Numbered from the stretch's first letter, positions 18,969-28,248 are shown. The stretch is 64,000 bases of DNA from Caulobacteraceae bacterium (GCA_036501825.1 DASXZP010000009.1:6923-70922); one strand, 5' to 3'. Made by a program: numbers and translations. Notes: generated from the letters alone by a model not told the origin.

Positions 18969-19115
18969 AGGGGCGCTGCCGGTTCGAGGCTTTGTAAATA
19001 AAGAGGTTTTTGCCGGGGCCCGCCGCCGGGGCGATATGGTTTGCGAGATCTTGCCGGGCAAAATCTGCAGCCCACGGCGCGAATTGCCGGGCCCGGCCCA
19101 CACGACGGTCCCCTT

Positions 19116-19134
19116 ATTGCAAATCATTCTCAAT
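19116..19134 (+). promoter_or_regulatory. Fur-box-like sequence upstream of the TonB-dependent receptor
   Basis: ATTGCAAATCATTCTCAAT matches the core of the Fur consensus (..TGATAATCATTATC) at about 11 of 14 positions, counted by hand. It is a locally AT-rich patch about 80 nt upstream of the ATG at 19215. Confidence 0.4.
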
Positions 19135-19214
19135 CGCGTTGACAAGCGGCGCCGGGGGCGGCATGGAAACGGTCGTTGCGAACTATTCGCATTTGCACCC
19201 TCCGAAAGCCGCCC

Positions 19215-21365
19215 ATGTCCCGCGCCCGTCGAGCCCTGCGTCCTGATGCCGTTCGGCGCGGAGCCGGGGCCGCGGGCCTCTGCCTGGTCGCCGCCGCCAA
19301 CGCGGCGTCGGCGCTGGCTGAGACGGCTGACGCCGCGCCCGACGGCGCCACCCGGGTGCAGGACGTGGTGGTCACCGCGCGCAAGCCCCAGGTCGTCGCC
19401 CTGTCGAAGACGATCCAGGAAACACCCCAGGTCATCAACGTCCTGCCGAAGGAACTGCTCGAGACCCAGGGCGTCGCGTCGCTGCAGCAGGCGCTGAAGA
19501 ACGTGCCGGGCGTCACCCTGAATGCGGGCGAGGGCGGGTCCCACGGCGACAGCATCAACCTGCGCGGCTTTGCTGCGAGCGACGACTTCTTCCTCGACGG
19601 TCTGCGCGACACCGGCTTCTACACGCGCGATCCGTTCAACCTGCAAGGCATCGAAGTCTACAAAGGGCCGGCCTCGACCCTGTTCGGCCGCGGCTCGACC
19701 GGCGGCGTCATCGACCAGGTTTCCAAAACCCCCAGGCTCGATCCGCTGGCGACTGTTTCGGTGACCGGCGGCACGAAGGACGCGCGCATCACCGGCGACT
19801 TCGACACGCCGATCGGCTCCAACGCCGCCTTCCGCATCACGGGGATGGATCAGGACGCCGGCGTCGAGGGCCGCGCCTATGTCCGCAACCGCCGCTGGGG
19901 CTTCGCGCCGTCGCTCACGCTCGGCGTCGGCGGGCCTGACACGCTGACCGTCAGCCTGTATCACGAGGGCGAGGACAACACCCCCGACTACGGCATTCCG
20001 TTCCTGGGCTCGCGCCCCGCGCCGGTCTCGCACAGCGCCTACTACGGCCTGGTGAGGGACGACGCCCAGAAGACCAACGTGAACATCGGGACCGCGCGCT
20101 ACACCCACGTGTTCAGCGATGCGCTGACCTTCACCGACCTCCTGCGTTACGGCCACTATTACTTCGACACGCGCCAGACCGCCCCGCACTGGGGCGCGAC
20201 GCCGCCGTTGGCGAGTATGCCCCTCGACACGATCGTCGTCTTCCGTGACCGCCCAAGCGAGTCGGGGCTTATCGAGACCACGATGAACGTGAGCGAGCTG
20301 ACCTGGAAATCGCAGATCGGTTCAAACATAGCCCAGACCCTGACCGGCGGCGTCGAGTTCGACCGCGAATCCGCATCACTGGTGCGCTTCGCCAACCAGA
20401 TGAGCGCGATCGCGCCGACGCCGCTGCTCGATCCCGATCCGTTCGAGGCCTTCCCGGGCCATCAGACCACGGTATCCAGCCGTCCGGTCACGCGCACCGA
20501 CACGGTGTCGGGCTTCCTGATCGATACGGTCGATTTCGGCTCGCACTGGACCCTGACCGCGGCGCTGCGCTACGACCAGTTCGCCGCGCACTACAACGAG
20601 CCGATCAGCCACGCCCACTTCGACCACACCGACAACATCGCGTCGCCGCGCACATCGCTGGTCTACAAGGCGACCCAGGACCTCGACTTCTACATCGCCT
20701 ACGGCACGTCCTACGATCCATCGGCGGAGAACCTGTCGCTATCGGCGCGCACCGCCGACCTGGCGCCCGAGAAGGACCGTACCTTCGAAGCCGGCGTGAA
20801 GGCGATGACGCTCGGCGAAAAGCTCGCGCTCGGCGCATCGGTCTTCAACACCGAGATGACCAACGCGCGCGTGGGCGACCCCACCAATCCGTCGCTGCAG
20901 ATCCTGGCGGGCGACCTGCGCGTAAACGGGGTGGAGCTGAACGCCCAGGGCTATATCGCCCCGGGTTGGGAGATCATCGCGGGCTACACCTATCTCGACG
21001 CCAAGACGATCAAGTCCTCCGACCCCAGCCAGGTCGGCCAGCGCGTGGCCAACACCGCGCCGAACCAGGCCAACCTGTGGCTGACCTGGGAGCCGGACGA
21101 GGATCGCTGGAAACTGGGCGCCGGCCTGAACTACCTGGACAAGCGCGCGGCCGACGTCGCCGGCGTCGCCACCATTCCGGGCTATGTCACGCTCGATGCG
21201 ATGGCGAGCTACAAACTCAGTCGTCACCTGACGCTGCAGCTGAACGCCTTCAACCTCACCGACAAGTTCTATTTCACCAACGCCTATTACTCCTCGCCGG
21301 TCGAGAACCACGTATTGCCGGGCGCGGGCCGCACGCTGTTGCTCACCGCGGTGATGACCTACTGA
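19215..21365 (+). CDS. TonB-dependent (siderophore-type) outer-membrane receptor
   Basis: Signal peptide; plug domain (DVVVTARK...VINVLPKELLETQGV...LRGF...IEVYKGPASTLFGRGSTGGVI); terminal ...LLLTAVMTY. The start is set at the ATG at 19215 (MSRARRAL). Confidence 0.9.
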   Translation: MSRARRALRPDAVRRGAGAAGLCLVAAANAASALAETADAAPDGATRVQDVVVTARKPQVVALSKTIQETPQVINVLPKELLETQGVASLQQALKNVPGVTLNAGEGGSHGDSINLRGFAASDDFFLDGLRDTGFYTRDPFNLQGIEVYKGPASTLFGRGSTGGVIDQVSKTPRLDPLATVSVTGGTKDARITGDFDTPIGSNAAFRITGMDQDAGVEGRAYVRNRRWGFAPSLTLGVGGPDTLTVSLYHEGEDNTPDYGIPFLGSRPAPVSHSAYYGLVRDDAQKTNVNIGTARYTHVFSDALTFTDLLRYGHYYFDTRQTAPHWGATPPLASMPLDTIVVFRDRPSESGLIETTMNVSELTWKSQIGSNIAQTLTGGVEFDRESASLVRFANQMSAIAPTPLLDPDPFEAFPGHQTTVSSRPVTRTDTVSGFLIDTVDFGSHWTLTAALRYDQFAAHYNEPISHAHFDHTDNIASPRTSLVYKATQDLDFYIAYGTSYDPSAENLSLSARTADLAPEKDRTFEAGVKAMTLGEKLALGASVFNTEMTNARVGDPTNPSLQILAGDLRVNGVELNAQGYIAPGWEIIAGYTYLDAKTIKSSDPSQVGQRVANTAPNQANLWLTWEPDEDRWKLGAGLNYLDKRAADVAGVATIPGYVTLDAMASYKLSRHLTLQLNAFNLTDKFYFTNAYYSSPVENHVLPGAGRTLLLTAVMTY

Positions 21366-21366
21366 C

Positions 21367-22158
21367 ATGATCGCCGCCCCGCCCGCGTTCGAGCCGCCGC
21401 CACAGACGTCCGAGGCCCTGTTCTCGGCGCTGCTGCTGATGCGGCCGGAGCGGCTGGCGCATCTTCTGGCCTCCGATCCCGATCGGGCGGCGCCGCGGGT
21501 GCGGGCGGCGGCGGAGCGCGGTCTCGTCGAGGCGCAGGTCCGCTACGGCCGTTTGCTGCTGGAAGGACGCGGGGTGACGCGCGATGCGTGCGCAGCGCTC
21601 GGGTGGTTCCGGCGTGCGGCGGCGCATGGCGACGCGGACGCGTGCAACATGGTCGGCCGCTGCCTCGAAAACGGATGGGGCGCCGTGGCCTCGCCGGGTG
21701 AAGCGACGCCCTGGTATCGCCGCGCGGCCGACGCGGGATTAGCCTGGGCCCAGTACAATCTCGCGCACCTGCTGCTCGACGGAAACGGGTTGAAGCGCGA
21801 CGCGGCGGCGGCATTGGAATGGTACCGGCGCGCGGCGGCGCAGGGCCACGTGCGCGCCATGAACCTGGTCGGACGCTGCCTGGAACACGGATGGGGCTGC
21901 GCGTGCGATCCGGCGCAGGCGCGGGTTTGGTACGCGCGGTCGGCGGCGGGCGGCTATTTCCGCGGCCAGTTCAATCACGCCGACTGCCTCGCCGCCGACG
22001 GCGACCTCGAGGCGGCGGTCGACATGTTCACCGCGTCGCTCGCGTCCGCCCCGGCCGCGAACCGGCGTTTCATGGCCGAAGCCCTGCTCGCGCGCGACGA
22101 GCCGCGTCTGCGCGATCTCGGCCGCCGGGCCCTGAGTGGAGGGGCGTCGTGCTCGTAA
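21367..22158 (+). CDS. Sel1-like (TPR-family) repeat protein
   Basis: Repeated A..WFRRAAA.G...A...LG.C...G.G units. It starts 1 nt after the receptor stop. Confidence 0.7.
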   Translation: MIAAPPAFEPPPQTSEALFSALLLMRPERLAHLLASDPDRAAPRVRAAAERGLVEAQVRYGRLLLEGRGVTRDACAALGWFRRAAAHGDADACNMVGRCLENGWGAVASPGEATPWYRRAADAGLAWAQYNLAHLLLDGNGLKRDAAAALEWYRRAAAQGHVRAMNLVGRCLEHGWGCACDPAQARVWYARSAAGGYFRGQFNHADCLAADGDLEAAVDMFTASLASAPAANRRFMAEALLARDEPRLRDLGRRALSGGASCS

Positions 22159-22829
22159 AGATCCCCGCGGTCCTCTCCGCCGCCGAAGCCGCCGCCATGC
22201 GCACGCGCCTCGAGGCGGGCGAGTGGGTGGACGGCCGCGTCACCGCCGGCGCCCAGTCCGCGCTGGCCAAGCACAATCTGCAGCTCCCCGAGGACGCGCC
22301 GATGGCGCGCGAGTTCGGCGCGCGGATTCTCGACGCGCTCGGCCGCAACCCGGCGTTCATTTCGGCGGCCCTGCCGCTGAAGGTGTTTCCGCCGCTGTTC
22401 AATCGCTACGACATCGGCATGCGCTTCGACGACCATGTCGACAACGCCATCCGCTTCACCCTCGACGGCCGCCGCGTACGGACCGATCTTTCCGCCACCC
22501 TGTTTCTCACCGATCCGGACGCCCACGACGGCGGCGAGCTCATCATCAGCGACACCTTCGGGGAGCATGCGGTGAAACTGTCGGCCGGCGACCTCGTGGT
22601 CTACCCGGGCTCGAGCCTGCACCGCGTGCGCGAGGTGACCCGCGGCGCGCGCTGGGCCGCGTTCTTCTGGGTGCAGTCGATGGTGCGCAGCGACGAACAT
22701 CGGGCTCTGCTGCACCGCCTGGACGCAGACGTGGCCGCATTGCGCGAACGGCTGGGCGACGACGATCCGCAGGCCCTGTCCCTGACCGGCGCCTACCACA
22801 ACCTGTTGCGCCTGTGGGCTGAGGTCTGA
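22149..22829 (+). CDS. Fe(II)/2-oxoglutarate-dependent PKHD-type hydroxylase (PiuC/YbiX-like)
   Basis: VLVKIPAVLSAAEAAAMRTRLEAGEWVDGRVTAGAQSA... matches the YbiX N-terminus; the H-x-D metal motif (DDHVDNA) and a distal SSLHRV are present. The GTG start overlaps the Sel1 gene end. Confidence 0.8.
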   Translation: MLVKIPAVLSAAEAAAMRTRLEAGEWVDGRVTAGAQSALAKHNLQLPEDAPMAREFGARILDALGRNPAFISAALPLKVFPPLFNRYDIGMRFDDHVDNAIRFTLDGRRVRTDLSATLFLTDPDAHDGGELIISDTFGEHAVKLSAGDLVVYPGSSLHRVREVTRGARWAAFFWVQSMVRSDEHRALLHRLDADVAALRERLGDDDPQALSLTGAYHNLLRLWAEV

Positions 22830-22948
22830 CGCCTCCTTTTTCGGCTGCGCGCCCCAGAATCGCCTCACTGTCCGTATCGCATCACGATATACCCGGGGTT
22901 CTCGACCGCCCCTTCTCAGCCCGTGGAAGCCCCCGACCCGTGGAAAAT

Positions 22949-23506
22949 ATGTTCCTGACCCGCAAGACCTTGGCCGTCACGGCCGTCCTCTCCGTCGCCC
23001 TGCTCGCCACCGCCTGCGCCACCAAGCCGAAGTACGCTCCGGGACCGCAAACCAAGCCGCAAGCGTCGGAAACCTACGGCGGCGCGACCCGCGGCCCGTC
23101 CGACCAGGGGGTCACCGCCCAGTCCAACGCGCCGCTGCCGGGCTCGGCGCAGGACTTCGAGGCCAATGCAGGCGACCGCGTGTATTTCGACTACGATCAG
23201 TACGCCGTGCGCCCCGACGCCGCGCCGGTGCTCGCCGCCCAGGCCGCGTGGCTGAAGCACTACCCCTCGGTGCACGTGCGCATCGAAGGCAACGCCGACG
23301 AACGCGGCACGCGCGAATACAACTTCGCGCTGGGCGCCAGCCGCGCCAATGCCGTGCGCGACTACCTCGTCAACCACGGCGTGGAAGCCTCGCGCATCGA
23401 AGTCGTCTCCTACGGCAAGGAGCGCCCGATCGACACGTCCGAAAGCGACGCGGGCATGGCGAAGAACCGCAACGGCCACACCGCCATCACCGGCGGCGCG
23501 CGCTGA
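22949..23506 (+). CDS. pal: Peptidoglycan-associated lipoprotein Pal (OmpA-C domain)
   Basis: Lipobox LLATAC; OmpA-like motif NADERGTREYNFALGASRANAVRDYLVNHGV...SYGKERP. Confidence 0.85.
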   Translation: MFLTRKTLAVTAVLSVALLATACATKPKYAPGPQTKPQASETYGGATRGPSDQGVTAQSNAPLPGSAQDFEANAGDRVYFDYDQYAVRPDAAPVLAAQAAWLKHYPSVHVRIEGNADERGTREYNFALGASRANAVRDYLVNHGVEASRIEVVSYGKERPIDTSESDAGMAKNRNGHTAITGGAR

Positions 23507-23574
23507 TCGCAAGGGCTCCCACGCAGACGCTCACTGACGCGGACTATCGCACGCTCGCGGACTTCCGCTTCGCG

Positions 23575-23922
23575 GTGCGCGGCTTCATGGCGTTCTCGAA
23601 GGCGGCGGTAGCCGACGCGGGCCTTGCGCCGCAGCAGTATCAGGCCTTGCTTGCCGTGCGCGCGCGGCGCGGCAGCGAGGTGACGGTCGGCGATCTCGCC
23701 AAGGAGCTTTACGTTCGCCACCATTCGGCGGTGGAACTGGTGGATCGGCTGGAGAAAGCCGACCTGATTCAGCGCCGCTCGGCGCCCGGCGGCCGTCGCG
23801 TGGCGCTCGATCTCACGCCGCAGGCAGAAGCGGTGCTGGAAAGCCTCGCCGACGCGCACCTGGCCGAGCTTCGCCGCTACGGGCCCGCCATTGCCGAGCT
23901 GCTCTCCGAACCGCGCGCCTGA
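23575..23922 (+). CDS. MarR-family winged-helix regulator (5' end uncertain; homology appears to extend upstream to about 23506)
   Basis: HTH VTVGDLAKELYVRHHSAVELVDRLEKADLIQRR. The first in-frame canonical start is GTG 23575 (ATG at 23587), but conserved-looking residues LTDADYRTLADFRFA lie upstream. Confidence 0.55.
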   Translation: MRGFMAFSKAAVADAGLAPQQYQALLAVRARRGSEVTVGDLAKELYVRHHSAVELVDRLEKADLIQRRSAPGGRRVALDLTPQAEAVLESLADAHLAELRRYGPAIAELLSEPRA

Positions 23923-24044
23923 ACCGTCGCCATACGCATCCTCTGCGTCTTAACCGCGTTTGCCGAGCGAACCTCGCTTGCGAGGCCACGCCCGAAGCTG
24001 TGCGAAGGCGCGCTCAGGCCCTTGGGGTTCAGGAAAGGGATGCC

Positions 24045-24359
24045 ATGAAGAAACTTGCTCTTGCGCTCGTCGCTTCCGCCGCGGTGGTCGCGGTCGGCGG
24101 GCTCAGTGCGTGCGCCGAACACTACGGCGTTGACGCCGGCTATTACTACGGGCCCGACGACGGCTACGTCGACGCCTATTACGACGACTACTATGGCCCA
24201 TACAACGACGGCTACTGGGGCGACGACGGCTTCTTCTACTATTCGTCGGGCCCCGACCATCACTTCGTCCGCGACGACAGCCACCACTTCCGCCGCGACA
24301 CCTTCACCGGCTACCACTCGGTGCGCGCCCACTCGCACGCCCCGAGCCACCACGAGTAA
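24045..24359 (+). CDS. Small Tyr/Asp/Gly-rich, His-tailed lipoprotein (104 aa)
   Basis: MKKLALALVASAAVVAVGGLSAC (lipobox), then GYYYGPDDGYVDAYYDDYYGPYNDGYWGDDGFFYY and the tail HSVRAHSHAPSHHE. AGGAAAGGGA Shine-Dalgarno sequence upstream. Confidence 0.55.
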   Translation: MKKLALALVASAAVVAVGGLSACAEHYGVDAGYYYGPDDGYVDAYYDDYYGPYNDGYWGDDGFFYYSSGPDHHFVRDDSHHFRRDTFTGYHSVRAHSHAPSHHE

Positions 24360-24569
24360 GCCCGATCCTCGCGCCGCTTCTTCCCCGCAACCGCGGGGGA
24401 GGAGTGCGGGCTTCTCCGGCCCTATCAGGGGTTGTTCGCCTTGCCTTGAAAGCCAGCAGGTTGTGAGTTAACTATCCGGGAGTTGTGGCCTGGGGCGGGC
24501 CAGGAACTCGTTGTTTTTCCGAGACACAGTTACTTATTTCCGTGGTCGCTGAATTACTTGGGGGGCAGC

Positions 24570-25439
24570 ATGAAGCTATCTTGGAGCGCCGCAGGCGCCG
24601 CGATGTTTTGCTTGGTCTGCGCGCTTGCCGCGCAATCCGTCGACGCGAAACCAAATCAACAGCAACAACAACCGAAGCCGGCGGCAAAACCCGTGCAGCG
24701 ACCGGCGCCGAGGCCAACGGTCCAAACCGGCGGCGGCATGCGCCCCTCTGGGGTTCACCCCGGCGGCGTGGGAACGCGGCCCGGCGGGCTTGGGCCGGTG
24801 CCCGGCGGGTCCGGCGGCCGACACATCGGCAGCCAAGGCACAGGGCCGAACGGAACCCGCGGCGGCGGGCAAGGTCCCGGTACATCCGGGAGACCTGTCG
24901 GCTCGCAAGGCGCCGGCCAACGCGTGGGAACAGCGGGCAGGACTTTCGGCGCGCAGGCCGGCGGGACAGGGCGCACCTTCGGCCAGACAAGCGGGGGCAA
25001 CGCAACCCGCGGCGCGGGCCCATCCGGTCGCAGTCCTCACGCCGGTCCGCGAGTGACGCGGGGACACAGCGCGACCTTCCGCGGCAAGCGCAGCCTGCAC
25101 GGTCGCGCCTATCTCTATCACGGGCGGCATTTGTCACCTTGGTATGCGAGCCGGTATCGCTGGCCGCACGGCTATCGCTACGTGCGATACCAAGTCGGCG
25201 TCGTCTTGCCCGTTGTGTTCTGGTCTGACGAGAGCTTCGTCATATTCGACTACGGCGACTACGGGTTGGTTGCACCAGACGACGGCTACGAATGGGTCCG
25301 CTACGGCGACGATGCGTTGCTGATCGACACATCGACAGGTTCGGTCACCGACGTGGCCTACGGCGTGTTCGTCGAACAAGACGGTGCGCCGGATCCGACC
25401 AGCCAGGACGACGATTCCCAGGGGCAGGATCCGCAATGA
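24570..25439 (+). CDS. Secreted protein with a Gly/Pro/Arg-rich low-complexity region and a C-terminal RcnB-like domain
   Basis: Signal peptide MKLSWSAAGAAMFCLVCALAAQSVDA. The C-terminus ...DYGDYGLVAPDDGYEWVRYGDDALLIDTSTGSVTDV matches the RcnB-family pattern GL..PP.GY.WVR.G.D.LL....TG.I..V. Confidence 0.7.
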   Translation: MKLSWSAAGAAMFCLVCALAAQSVDAKPNQQQQQPKPAAKPVQRPAPRPTVQTGGGMRPSGVHPGGVGTRPGGLGPVPGGSGGRHIGSQGTGPNGTRGGGQGPGTSGRPVGSQGAGQRVGTAGRTFGAQAGGTGRTFGQTSGGNATRGAGPSGRSPHAGPRVTRGHSATFRGKRSLHGRAYLYHGRHLSPWYASRYRWPHGYRYVRYQVGVVLPVVFWSDESFVIFDYGDYGLVAPDDGYEWVRYGDDALLIDTSTGSVTDVAYGVFVEQDGAPDPTSQDDDSQGQDPQ

Positions 25440-26368
25440 TCTTGCATCGCGCAGTGGGCGGGGCAGTCGCGATTGTCGCGGCTGCCGGCGCCGCCACGGC
25501 CGTCGCCGGCCCGGCGGAGGACGGGAACGCGGGACTCGAAGCTATGGACCGCGGCGACTATCACGCCGCCGCGCATCTCTTTTCGTTGGTGATCAAGGCG
25601 CCTGACGCCGCTCCCGACGACAAAGAGTTCGCCTATCTCAATCTCGGCACAATCTACCTGCGCCAAGGCCACTATGTGCAGGCGACCGCCAATCTGCAGA
25701 ACGCGATCCAGCTTAAGCCCGACGACAACGAAGCCCAGATACAGCTAGAACTCGCACAAGCCGGCAAGAACGGTGCGGATGCTTTGACCGTGCGGTGGGG
25801 CGGGGTGCGCGTGCTCGATGGTGGGACCTGGGTTGCAACGACGTCAAAAGAGGATCGCAAGCACAAGGTGAAGTTTAATCCGATGTACTACCTGACCTAC
25901 CAATGGACGACGAAGGGCGACGCCCTGTCGTTCACCGGCAAGGACAAGGTGGGTTCGGCGGTCACGGGCGACGTCACGCGCGACCCTCAGACCGGCGTGC
26001 TGACAAGCACGAGCACGGTGAACGGGAAAACCGAAACCCTTTATATCGAACCGACTCTGAACGGCTATATCGAGTGGGGGGAAAACAGCACCGTCAAGGT
26101 CACCGTGACGCCCCAAGACGCAACGACATTCAACGTCGTCCAGGAGAGCTACAAGAACAACACCTGGACGCGGTCGGCGAGCTATCAGTTCGTAAAATCC
26201 CCGGACCTCGCGCGAACGCTCGACAAGAGGATCGCGGGCAACAGGACAAAGCACTGCCTCGGCGCGGGCTTGGCCGCCGGGCTCGTATCGGGCATCACCG
26301 GCCAGGATCAGCCGCTGCCTCCGGAATGCGGCGGCCCGCAGCCCGCGGAAGCGGATCAACAACAGTAG
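25436..26368 (+). CDS. Secreted TPR-containing protein
   Basis: Its ATG overlaps the upstream stop (ATGA). Signal peptide present. TPR units (GDYHAAAHLFSLVIK...; YLNLGTIYLRQGHYVQATANLQNAIQLKPDDNEA). The C-terminal region is beta-rich and the protein ends in a Gln-rich stretch. Confidence 0.6.
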   Translation: MILHRAVGGAVAIVAAAGAATAVAGPAEDGNAGLEAMDRGDYHAAAHLFSLVIKAPDAAPDDKEFAYLNLGTIYLRQGHYVQATANLQNAIQLKPDDNEAQIQLELAQAGKNGADALTVRWGGVRVLDGGTWVATTSKEDRKHKVKFNPMYYLTYQWTTKGDALSFTGKDKVGSAVTGDVTRDPQTGVLTSTSTVNGKTETLYIEPTLNGYIEWGENSTVKVTVTPQDATTFNVVQESYKNNTWTRSASYQFVKSPDLARTLDKRIAGNRTKHCLGAGLAAGLVSGITGQDQPLPPECGGPQPAEADQQQ

Positions 26369-26455
26369 AAACGCCCCGTCGCGGCGTTCTATGGGGTGGC
26401 GAATCCCTGTCTCCTGGCGCAGCGCCGCTGGCTTGGCGTGTGGAAGGAGGCCGCA

Positions 26456-27274
26456 ATGATGGACGTTCCAATCGTGTTCGTGGGCGGCGGTCGCATGGGC
26501 GGGGCGATCCTGCGCGGCCTGGCGGCGTCGGGGCCCGTCGAGGCCTTCGTCGTTGACCCCAACGTGGCGCAGGCGCCGGGCGCGACGCTGATGCGTGACC
26601 TCGACGCTCTGCCTGATCTGGGCGAGGCGGTGGTGCTGCTGGCGGTGAAGCCCCAGGTCGCCGGCGATCTTCTGCCTCGGCTGAAGCGGTTCGCGCGGCC
26701 GGGCGTACTGCTCATCTCTATCGTCGCGGGCCTCTCCATCGAGATCCTGCGCGACGCGCTCGGCGACGAACTTCGCGCCGTGCGCGCCATGCCCAACACG
26801 CCCGCCGGCGTGCTGAAGGGAATCACCGGGGTCTACGCCGCCGCCAACATCGATGCGAACGGCCGCGCGCGCGCCGAGGCCTTGTTGTCCGCCGTCGGCG
26901 AGGTGGTTTGGCTCGACACCGAAGAGGGGATCGATCTCGTTACCGCCATATCGGGCAGCGGCCCGGCCTATTTCTTCCGCTTCGCCGAAGCCCTGGCCGC
27001 AGCCGGGGTCGGCCTCGGCCTGCCGCCGGATACCGCCCAACGGCTCGCCCGGCGCACGCTCGAAGGGGCCGGCGCGCTGGCGGACTCCACCGACCGGACG
27101 CTGGAGGAGCTGCGGGTCGAGGTGACCAGCCCCAAGGGCACCACCGCTGCGGCGCTGCAACGCTTCAGCGAAGGGGGCCTCGAGGCCCTTGTGGCCGCGG
27201 CGGCCAAGGCGTCGCAGGCGCGGGCGCGCGAACTGGGGGAGGAGATCGCCTCGAAACTGACGCAGGCGCGTTAA
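26456..27274 (+). CDS. proC: Pyrroline-5-carboxylate reductase
   Basis: IVFVGGGRMGGAI Rossmann motif; RAMPNTPA; SGSGPAYFF; VTSPKGTTAAAL. GGAAGGAGG Shine-Dalgarno sequence before the ATG at 26456. Confidence 0.9.
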   Translation: MMDVPIVFVGGGRMGGAILRGLAASGPVEAFVVDPNVAQAPGATLMRDLDALPDLGEAVVLLAVKPQVAGDLLPRLKRFARPGVLLISIVAGLSIEILRDALGDELRAVRAMPNTPAGVLKGITGVYAAANIDANGRARAEALLSAVGEVVWLDTEEGIDLVTAISGSGPAYFFRFAEALAAAGVGLGLPPDTAQRLARRTLEGAGALADSTDRTLEELRVEVTSPKGTTAAALQRFSEGGLEALVAAAAKASQARARELGEEIASKLTQAR

Positions 27275-27378
27275 CCTTATAAGGTCCGGCCTGTTCCCGC
27301 CGCCGAAGAATCGGCTTCGGGCGCGGTCCCCGCTCCGCTAGGTTCACAAGGTACAGCTGTCGTGAAGAGCCCCCACCC

Positions 27379-28248
27379 ATGAGCGGCCTATTCGAGCGTA
27401 TCACCTCGCTCTCGGGCACCGAGTTGGCGAAGGCGACCAACCTCGCCCACCAGACGTTCCAGAGCCGCATGTCCACCCACGGCCACACCGGTCGCGCGCT
27501 GGTGGAGACCGTGGCGCACGTCTGCCGCAATCACCCGGGCCTCGTGGGCATCGGCGTCGGCCTGGTGGTCGAGCAACTGCTGGCGCACGAGAAGCACGTC
27601 TACGACAAGACCCATACCGCCGACGGCACGCCGCTGCCGGGCGTCGCTGCACCCAAGCCGGGCGAGCCGCTGCCGCACCCGATCAACCATCATCTTCCGC
27701 TGCACGAGATCAAGCTCGCCAACCTGCGCCCCGGCCACATCGCCGGCGAAGTGTTCGGCGCGCTGGTGCTGCTGAAGATCGCGTCGACCGGCGTTCGCAT
27801 GTTCCGCCACAAGCATCAGGGCGAGACCTGGTTCAATCACGCGGCGCGCATTCACCTGTTCTCCGGTTCGATCGGAGCCTACTACCTCGTCAAGTCGCTG
27901 ACCCTGAAGAAGCCCAGCGCCTGGACCAATGCGTTTGCGGCGCTGTTCATCACCGACGCGCTGAAGCCGGTGCTGAAGCGCGATCCGAAATGGCGCCCGG
28001 CGCCCGGTGGGCAGACCACGGCTGAACCCGCGCACATCGCCGAGGTCACGCCGCTGCCGGCCGCGAACGCAGAGCCTCGCGTCGAGACGCCGGCCGAACG
28101 CGCCCGCGCCGCCGCCGTCTACGCCGCCCAGCAGCAACAGGCCGCCCCGGTCGCGCCCCCGACCCAGGCGTTCGAGGGCCACGGCGAGGTCACCCAGCCG
28201 GTCTCCCTCGGCGGCGACACGGTCGAACCCCAGGCCACCGCGCACTAA
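27379..28248 (+). CDS. Hypothetical membrane protein, His-rich, with a Pro/Ala/Gln-rich tail
   Basis: 289 aa. Very high GC3 on the plus strand, so the equally long antisense ORF is rejected. It has 3-4 hydrophobic helices and no family I recognise. Confidence 0.55.
   Translation: MSGLFERITSLSGTELAKATNLAHQTFQSRMSTHGHTGRALVETVAHVCRNHPGLVGIGVGLVVEQLLAHEKHVYDKTHTADGTPLPGVAAPKPGEPLPHPINHHLPLHEIKLANLRPGHIAGEVFGALVLLKIASTGVRMFRHKHQGETWFNHAARIHLFSGSIGAYYLVKSLTLKKPSAWTNAFAALFITDALKPVLKRDPKWRPAPGGQTTAEPAHIAEVTPLPAANAEPRVETPAERARAAAVYAAQQQQAAPVAPPTQAFEGHGEVTQPVSLGGDTVEPQATAH

Noticed and set aside
27388-28245. A 285-aa ORF exactly antisense to 27379..28248, so it was ambiguous which strand codes.
   Set aside because: The plus-strand frame has near-uniform G/C at third codon positions and hydrophobic helices. 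The minus-strand product is Arg/Gly-rich low complexity.
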